Source of the DNA: the human T2T-CHM13v2.0 reference genome, Homo sapiens
Direction: 5' to 3' (one strand)
Assembly: GCF_009914755.1 (NCBI RefSeq)
Contig: NC_060934.1
DNA length: 64,000 nt
Made by a program: the position numbers and the translations under genes. The notes beneath the pieces were generated by a model. That model made no database searches. It saw only the letters and a program-made list of their open reading frames with translations, and was not told the origin of the DNA. This document shows, piece by piece, positions 55,856-64,000 of this stretch. Every line of letters begins with the position of its first letter. The stretch's first letter is position 1.

Positions 55856-57779
55856 GAGACCTCCCCCTTCTTTCTCTTACTCCTGCTCTCACCATGTGAT
55901 GCACCTGCTCCCCCTTTGCCTTCCACCATAATTGGAAGCTTCCTGAGGCCTTCACCAGGAGCAAATGCTGGAGCCATGATTGGAAAGCCTGCAGAACCAT
56001 GAGCGAACTAAACCTCTTTTATTTATTACTTACCCAGCCTTAGGTATTTCTTCATAGCTATGCAAGAATGGACTAATACAGTAGTCATCAAAGTAAAGGT
56101 GAGATTTGAGTTGACTATTGAAAGGGGAGGAAGGAATAACATAAATTGTGTCACAGACAAGGATTGGTTGGTAGGACACGGAGTAGTGACAATCCTGACA
56201 TGCCCATGTTTTATGCTTCGATTTGGGACCTTAAAGTATTCAGCCCTACTCTAGCAAAAATGGCCGCATACAGGAAAAAGAGATCATTCTGTTTGACATT
56301 TTGTATCTAGAGAGATTTAGCTCTGTTGCTTGTTTTACTGACTTGTAAGTACACTCATTTTGTTCTCACAGTATTTTCTTAGCTTTTACATTCTGGCTAC
56401 TCCTATTTCCACCTGAACAAATGAGAAATTTAGTTGCTACCAATGTCTAGCCTTAGTACTGCTCTGTTCTCAGGGTTCAGTGTTTCCTTCAAACAATGTG
56501 TTAGGTAATAATCAGGTCTGATACATGCAGCATCTGTGAACTCCTTACTTGATGCTGTTTGTTTTTAATAAATATGGTGTCACAGGTCATAGGTGGGGAT
56601 ATTTTAATAAGTGACACTAGGATGGAGTACTTACTGACTGCTAGGCGCAGTGTGCCTTCTATATGTGATCTGCTTTTTCCCTTTTACGAACACGATGAGG
56701 AGGGTGTTTGAATTGCCATTTTTGTATATGTAAATAGAGGCTCAGAGAGTTAAAAAGCTTGTCCAAAGTATTCACCTAGGACTGTGCTGATTAAGAATCT
56801 TAGCACTAACCTAATTTTTATCTGGAATGCTGGATACAATTGAAAGTTTATAGTTGAGGATAGGAAGGACCAAAGATTGGAGTCTTATCCCAGATCATTA
56901 ACACCAGTTAGGTCATGCATCCTTCCTTACCTGCTTTGTATAAAAAATAAAATAAAATTTAAAAGTGACACTAGAACAACGTTTGTCTTGTTAATGTCTG
57001 TAAGATGGTTTCCAAAACGATGAGTCTGGGGACTTAATAAAGCAATTTAGAAGCTTTTGCAGTAGCAGTAACAGGAGGTGGGTGTACATCAGTGGGAAAG
57101 AAAGATGTGGATGGCTGAGGGAAGAAAATAAAGAAAAACGGATACAAGATAGAGATGATTGAATTAGGCTTGAATTACTCAAGGGATGGGCAAGAGAAGG
57201 TAGACAAGGCTGAGATTTTTGCCTCTAAATCCACAAAGTTCATGCACTCTGAATGAGATTTGGAGCATTTTAAAACCTTTTAAGTTTTCTATTGAACATT
57301 TTTATCCTCCAAATCATTTTCTTCCAGTGTGCTAAGATTATAGCCTTTAGCTAATGGTTTTCTCTCTCAGTTATGCTCCTACCATTTATAAGCATTAATT
57401 TTGCTGAACTGATATAGTAAAAATGTTCAAAATAACATTTGGCAGAGCATTTTACTCTGACTACTCAAGAATAACCTATAATCTTTTCTTTTTATACTAC
57501 ATACACACACACCACACACACACACTCATATACACACTTACACCTGTTTTTCCAGGATTTACGTCTTTACCTAAAATTGTATAAATTTTTCCATAGTCGA
57601 GATGTATAATTTAACCTTCCCTTTCCCAAGGGATGACATGTAGCCATTTATTTCAATAAGAAACTCCAAGAGCACTAGTATTCACAAGCCAAATACAGAT
57701 AACACCAAAATTTTTGCTAAATAAAGGTGATGCATCCATTAGCAAATGTTGTTGCTTTTAAAGTGATGGTTTATATTTA

Positions 57780-60400
57780 AAATCCAGTTTAAGTTAAAGT
57801 TAGGATATACTGATGGTTTGCACATGATGAGTGGCAGAATAAATGAGTCAAAGTTAACTCAGAGGGGCTTTGTTTATTTTTTTGTTGTTGTTATTTTGCT
57901 TTTCCTGGGCATGTGGGTAAATCATCTCCCCAGATGTGATGACTGATGCTTACTGGGCAACGAAGAGAAAATGTCACATAGGCATTGGATATGTGAGTCT
58001 GGAACTCAGGGGAGAAATAGGGGCTGGAGTTAAAAAACGTAGAGCCTTTGTATTAGTTCGTTCTCACATTGCTAATAAAGACATACCTGAGACTGGGTAA
58101 TTTATAAAGTAAAGAGGTTTAATGGACTCACAGTTCCACATTGCTGGGGGGCCTCAGGAAATTTACAATCATGGCCGAAGGCACCCTTCACAGGGTGGCA
58201 GGAGAAAGAATGAGTGCTGAGCAAGGGGGAAACCCCTTATAAAACCATTAGGTCTCAGAACTCACTAGTGATCATGAGAACAGCCCGGGGGAAACTGCGA
58301 CCCCCACTCCCGCCCCGCCCGATTCAATTATCTCCACCCGGTCCTGCCCTTGACACATGGGGATTATTACAATTGAAGGTGAGATTTGGGTGGGGACACA
58401 GAGCCAAACCATATAATCCTTGTTGTGGAAATGTTATTTAAACCCACAGACTGGATAAGCTCACCAAAGGCGTATGTGTACATGGAGTAAAGGGAAGAAT
58501 GACTGAACTTTGAGGCACATCATCTTTAAAAGTCGGGAAAAGGAAGATTTAACAATGTTGCCAATGAAGGAGCAGGGAAAGAAGCCACAGGCAGGGAGAG
58601 AAATCAGAAAATGAGGACATCCTAATGGCCAAGGCGGGAAAATATTTCAAGAATGGAGGGATCAATCATGACAAGTGCCACTGAGAGGTCAGGTAAAATG
58701 AGAACTGAGAATTGCCTGTTGGACACTTAAGGAGAATGACTTTGAGCTTTGTGAAATAAAAGCCTGCCTGGAATGGGTACAAAAGAGAGAAGGGAGGGAA
58801 GTGAGCCAGTGAGTACAAACAAGTCTTGCCTTTCACTTGATCAGGAGGCAAGATAGCATATTCTGCTACAGATGAAGTGAAGTGGGTTGACTTGGTGGTA
58901 GAAGGCTAAGGAAGTTCTCTCAGCAAGTTAACTAGGTGAGAATGAGGGGTGTGTGTGTATGTAGTGCCAGAGATGTGGGGAGAGAATAAAAGGTGTGAGA
59001 AAGTCACCCTTGATAATAAGATAGTAAATTAACCACCAAAATTGGGGCCGCCAGTGCCAAGAACTCACTTGAGGGCTCTAATTATAAATTTATAGTAAGA
59101 CCAGTCAGCAGAGTCATTCGTTTTTATCTGCATCATGATACATGTAAGGAGGTGACAGAGATCTGCTGAAACCCAACTTGGGATTTTGACAATGGAAGGA
59201 CAGAAGTGTGGGGATGTTCAACTGGATTTATGTAAGGTATTATAATGATGGGAAATGAAATCTAAATCAGCTAAGAAAGAAAATGAGAGCACGAGGAAGG
59301 TTATGGACGATGGCACTGTAATGTATTATAGTCAATGGATTGGAGATCCCAAGAGGTCAAGAAACAACTAAAGTGACAGTGAATATACTAGGGTAAGAAA
59401 GCTTGAAAGTTACAAGGTAGTAAAGTGTCTGAAATTGTTATTTTTGGATGTGGCGTAATAATAGATAACGATGAGTTCTGAAGTATGATTAATTAAGGTA
59501 AAATATAGGACATGAACATTGGAGAATGGCTGGTTAACAAACTGAGAAACCATTTTCATGGTTGGACCATCTACATGCTTACTGACATCACCAACAATTA
59601 TGGCAGTAGCCTTATGTTAAAATCAATGCCAGATGCCAATATCATCAGAGGATGGTGGTGGGGAGGCTATCAGAAGACTGTAAATGATGGAAACCAGAAG
59701 CATTCATTGATAGTGAAGTTTTGCATTTTAGGGTATGAAGAAGAAAAGAAGGAAAATGTCTTGGAAGTAACAATTCGGAGCATGAATTGTCCCTATACAA
59801 ACTCCAAGACTTGTGGCATGTGGAGAATTAAAGGAATAGAGAACAAAATTCATCCTTTAATAGGGCTTCAGAGAAAAGTTCTTAGGCGCCAATTGATTTT
59901 CTCTTCAAGAAGGGAAGGACATATTCAGAGATGAGATTTTCATGATGGCATGCCTTGAGTGCCAGAGGGTTTGGGGAGTATAGAAGATGTAGGAGCTTGA
60001 GTCCCACTAAGGGATCTTCAAAATAGTGTATGCTTATGGGACCAATGAATACAGTTCATCTGGAACACTTGTGTTCCCTGCCGGGATTGATAAAATACAG
60101 GGTCTAATGGGATTGAGCCTATTGGTCTCAGTTATGGTGGTTCAAGGGGCAGTCGGGGAGGGTGTGTTCTATTATAATCCCATTGGAGTAATGGTCTTAG
60201 TCCATTTTGAAAGGTAAAGCGGAGTTGGAGAATGCGGGTGGTTAGTGATCACCTGGACATGTGGAGCTCGTAAGTAATATGGGGGCTACAGCGTGCAGAG
60301 TCCAGTGGGCCTACATTTGACCTTCCTGTGAGCAGTACTGAAGGCTGGGGAAGACAAGCCTCAATAACTTGTCAGACTGAGTCAGGACTGAGATTCTCAA
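57780..60400 (-). mobile_element. Long antisense L2 remnant interrupted by THE1
   Basis: ttggatatgtgagtctggaactcaggggaga...; tttaaaacccacagactggataagctcacc; purine-rich throughout; right boundary uncertain. Confidence 0.6.
58049..58416 (-). mobile_element. THE1 (C/D-like) solo LTR
   Basis: tgtattagttcgttctcacattgctaataaagacatacctgagactggg...gagatttgggtggggacacagagccaaaccatat; TSD gcctt/tcctt. Confidence 0.9.
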
Positions 60401-60840
60401 CAGTAATCAGCTAAGAGGTATTGCTCTCCTATCCTAAGAGATGCCTTCTTTGGCAAGACTGTTCAACTATGTCTCATTACTAAAGGTAGACAGAATCACT
60501 TGGGAGAATCCAGGATGTGGTACTGTTTTGACACGGTCCAAGCTGGATGATGTAAGCAGGAGAGAATGTTCTACCAAAAACCTTGCAACATCAGATCTTC
60601 AGCTGTGCAGCCAGTCAGCACACAGAAGCTAAGCTAAAGAGATGTGGCATCCCCACAGGGAAAGAGAAAGAAGCATTAGGTAAGCAACTGCCTCATTTCC
60701 CAGCAGTCATGAAGGCAGTTTTGCTAAGCCATCTCATAGCAGGTTATGGATCCTGAATTTCTATGTATTCCCTTAGCCCAGAATCCTGCTTTGCTTTTAT
60801 GAACTTACCACAAATGATGCTCCTGTTCTAGAGTCTAGGG

Positions 60841-61007
60841 GAGTGATTCCAAAGTCTGGCTGCAGAGTAGAATCACCTGGAATGTCCAAAATAAAAATCC
60901 AGATTCTACCCCTGAACAATTAAGTCAGAATCTGTGGGGTCCTGGCTTCAGTGTTTTTCAAAAGTTTCCTAGATGATTCTTATATAGAGCCGTGGTTAAG
61001 AGCTATA
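60841..61007. mobile_element. MER5-family hAT MITE
   Basis: tggctgcagagtagaatcacctgg...agtcagaatctgtgggg...agatgattct; 8-bp TSD gtctaggg/ttctaggg. Confidence 0.7.
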
Positions 61008-63583
61008 TTCTAGGGCTCAGATTCTGTCCAACTCCTTTGGTTTGACAAGCAGGTTGGCTGCTGCTAGAGGACTAACACTTAGCTCCTTTCTAGGACTTTG
61101 CATTTTTTTTCAATGATTCATAGTCCTCAGACTGACTATCACATGCATACACGCATACACAAAACTGTCCTGCTGTGGTACAAAATGTGTGCCTTATTGA
61201 GTCTCAATCCAGGGACAATTGCAGCAAGTGAAGTTTCCAGAGGCCTGGGTATCCATAACACACACAGGCATCCCATCCTTGCAGACAGTTCACACATGGA
61301 TGTGTGATCCAGTGGCAGGTCTCAAGAAAGGAAGGCTTCCAAAGCCAGGAGCTTGACTGAGACAGAGCCTTGAGGTCTTGGACTGGATCTCCCTTCCAGG
61401 TACACACTAGAGGCAGGCAGCTTCCTTGTTTCTTCCTCTGCTCTGGCTGCTGTTTCATTCTAAGCCTCTGCAGACACATTCTTCATAGCTGAGAAAACTC
61501 ACAGATGGAATGACTATTATTGGTGCTTGTCAATCCAGAAATAAACCACAATTTGCTCGGCATTTCAATCTTTACCACTGATGTGTTAGTTTCATTTAAT
61601 TAGTTCTGTGCTGGATGAGGTCATTAGATTTGCGTCCTAATGGAAACCTATTACTCAGCTCTGCATGGTGAGGAGTGTGTAGGACTGATTTGCATTATCT
61701 CTGGAAAGAAGGTGAATTCTCTCACTACATTTGTGGTGGGCAGCAGGTCTTCCAGCAGAAACCCATTTGAGATAACACTAATTGAAGGGACACCTGTCTT
61801 TTGAGAATTCTTTTAAAATTTTCATAGCAGATTGGCTGTATGCCCTGAGAAAAGGGTAAAAAGTGTGCTACTTATAAAACGCAATTTTGGAGAAAAGATG
61901 TAGTATGATAGCTAAAACTGTTACATGAATATCACTGAGTATTTTTTAAGCTCTTCCTCTTAGAACCAAATTTGAACAAATTCTTCCCACACGTTCTTCT
62001 AGAGTTCACAAAATGGAAAGTGGAAAGTAGAAATGAAACCACACCTGTTTCCCTCCTGGAGTGAGCCCTCATTGAATCTCTGTAGTAGTGCCTATAAGAG
62101 TGCTTTTATTTTACAGGGGTACTATTATCATTTTCCTTTTTCAGAGGAGAAAACTGAGGCTTCACACTGTGAGACCTGAGGCTTCAAGTTACTGAATATT
62201 TTGCTCAAGTCATTGCTTGTATCAAATGGAACAGATGGACCCCAAACCCAGTGTGGCTGGTCTGAAACTTTCCTCTTTGTTTTTATACTGCATCAAAAAC
62301 AGTTTTTCTTGCCCTGATAGAATCTATGCCACTTAATTCTCAAAACCCTGTCTTCATCACATCCCACCATTCTGAAATATTCACCTTCCCTTACAAGATA
62401 CCACCATTTGAAAATCGCAAAATATTTTTAAATCTATCCTCTTTCTTATATATTTTTTATCAAGATTCCTTCTCTGGATTCTGGCCGTATTATGAAAACA
62501 GCAGGTCCAAGTGTCATTGGGCCAATGTAAAATTGTGTTGCTGTATTAAGACATGGACCTAATGATCCTGGAAAGCTGAGTGGGTTTAGTTATGTTTTGT
62601 TTTCTTTCCTGTCTAGGACATCATGCAAAGCTAGACTACAAGAACCAGGGATTGATTTCAGTGTTTCTCTGGGGGATGGGGTAATGGGGGATAGATGGTA
62701 AGTCTATAATCAAGACCATCTCTAAGGAAGAGGATTGATACTCTTTCCACGGGTGACACTGCATTATTTTCCATGTAAATGGTGCCCCAAGAGTACTATG
62801 GGCAGTCTTGTTGCAGATCTATTTCATCTTCCTTTCCCCTGCCCTCACCTCCCTGCTATTTATTGTTTCCCTTCACTGTCAAATTCTCTGAAACATTGTC
62901 TGTATTCACCGTGACTCCTTTGCAATGCACTTTCACTGCAATCCTTTAAAAAAGTTTGTCTTCCTCCTACATTTTTCTGATACCACTTTCTCTGAGAAAT
63001 TCAATGTATAAATCTACCAGCTCAGGAATCCCTTCTTAATTTTTCTCTGAGACTAGTCACTATTTTATCCACTCTTTCTAGAAGTTCACTTCTTTCTTTA
63101 TTTTTCAGTTTCACTTTAGCCTCTAATAGGAGGTGGTTGTCTAAGGGCCTTGAGGAGGCTGAGCTTGCACAGTGATAGTTAATTCTTGTTAGTGGCTCTC
63201 CCTCTCTAGTTCAGCATATGCTTTCTTTTCCTTTCTCATAAGTGGAAACAGTCATAATGTTCTGCTGTTGGATGTTTCCTGGAAAAGTCTTTGGAGAGTT
63301 TCTCTTCTTCTAAGATTTCAGCTAATGCACTATGTGGTATACAGCTTATCTGTATCTCCAGCCTCCACCTCTCTCAAGCTCTGGCCTTCCATTGGTCACT
63401 CAGTACTCACTGATCATCTCCATCTAGAAAGCCCTGTGGTAACCCAGAGTCAGCCGAAATGAAGACAAGCTCTTCATCTCTCTAAATATATTTTTGACTC
63501 TTTATCTGTAGTCTACTAACTTCATCATCTATGCACTAGATAGTAGATTGAACCAGCTGTAAACTATGTCTACTAGTTTTGTG

Positions 63584-63763
63584 CAGTGGTTCTCAAACTT
63601 CAGCGGGATCAAGACCACTGTCATGATAGCACACATTGCTAGGTCCCCCTTGAGAAGTTTCTGCTTCAGAAGGTCTGGGGTGAATCCTGACAATTTCATT
63701 TCTAACAAGGTCCCAGGTAATGCTGATGCTGCTGGTCCAAGGACCACACTTTGAAAGACACGG
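63584..63763 (-). mobile_element. MER5A
   Basis: cagtggttctcaaactt...catttctaacaaggtcccaggtaatgctgatgctgctggtccaaggaccacactttga. Confidence 0.88.
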
Positions 63764-63774
63764 ATTTCCTGCAC

Positions 63775-63993
63775 AAGTCTGGAGCCAGATTGAGTTAGGC
63801 TTAAATCCTAACTCAGCCATGTGCTTCATGTATGAATCTTGGCAAACTTACATGAAGTCTCTCTGATTCCTCTTCTGTAAAATGGGGACGATTAAAGTAT
63901 CTACCTCATAGATTTTCTTGTAAAAACGACATGAGTATATAAGCAAAGTGCTTCCAACAGTTTTTGGCAGACCCTCAAAAACTGTTAGCTATA
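63775..63993 (+). mobile_element. MIR SINE
   Basis: tctggagccaga...cttggcaaactta...ctgtaaaatggggacgatt...tacctcatag...aaagtgctt...tgttagcta. Confidence 0.85.
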
Positions 63994-64000
63994 ATTGCAC

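Larger units (their letters stand above)
54779..56080 (+). mobile_element. MSTB-like MaLR LTR (outer element; pieces 54779-54975 and 55861-56080)
   Basis: aaatctcatgttgaaatgtaatc...ctcatgaatggctt...; resumes ctcccccttc...agcctgcagaaccatgagc...gaatggactaataca; TSD ggagt/gtagt. Confidence 0.88.

Noticed and set aside
59512-59934. 140-aa ATG ORF
   Set aside because: Lies in a purine-rich antisense L2-like region; no recognisable protein or exon context.

Overview
Primate (human-like) non-coding genomic DNA, AT-rich and dense in interspersed repeats: Alu J/S/Y, MIR, L2, old L1M, MaLR/ERVL/ERVK solo LTRs, and hAT and Tc1/mariner MITEs. I find no credible protein-coding gene, RNA gene, CpG island or CRISPR array. 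The supplied ORFs are short chance frames, mostly in Alus, microsatellites or LINE remnants. I cannot name the locus or host gene. Repeat family names come from recalled consensus sequences and need RepeatMasker/Dfam confirmation. Best-supported oddities: (1) a ~238-bp, ~97%-identical local templated insertion inside an Alu's microsatellite tail; (2) a triple-nested LTR (MSTB > THE1 > MER9) with target-site duplications (TSDs) readable at all three levels. More speculative: (3) a minus-strand, THE1-LTR-initiated three-exon lncRNA model (23.5 kb to 17.0 kb); (4) an 86-nt GT-AG interval folding into a 5'-tailed-mirtron-like hairpin at 45.8 kb. None of this demonstrates a new biological system from sequence alone.
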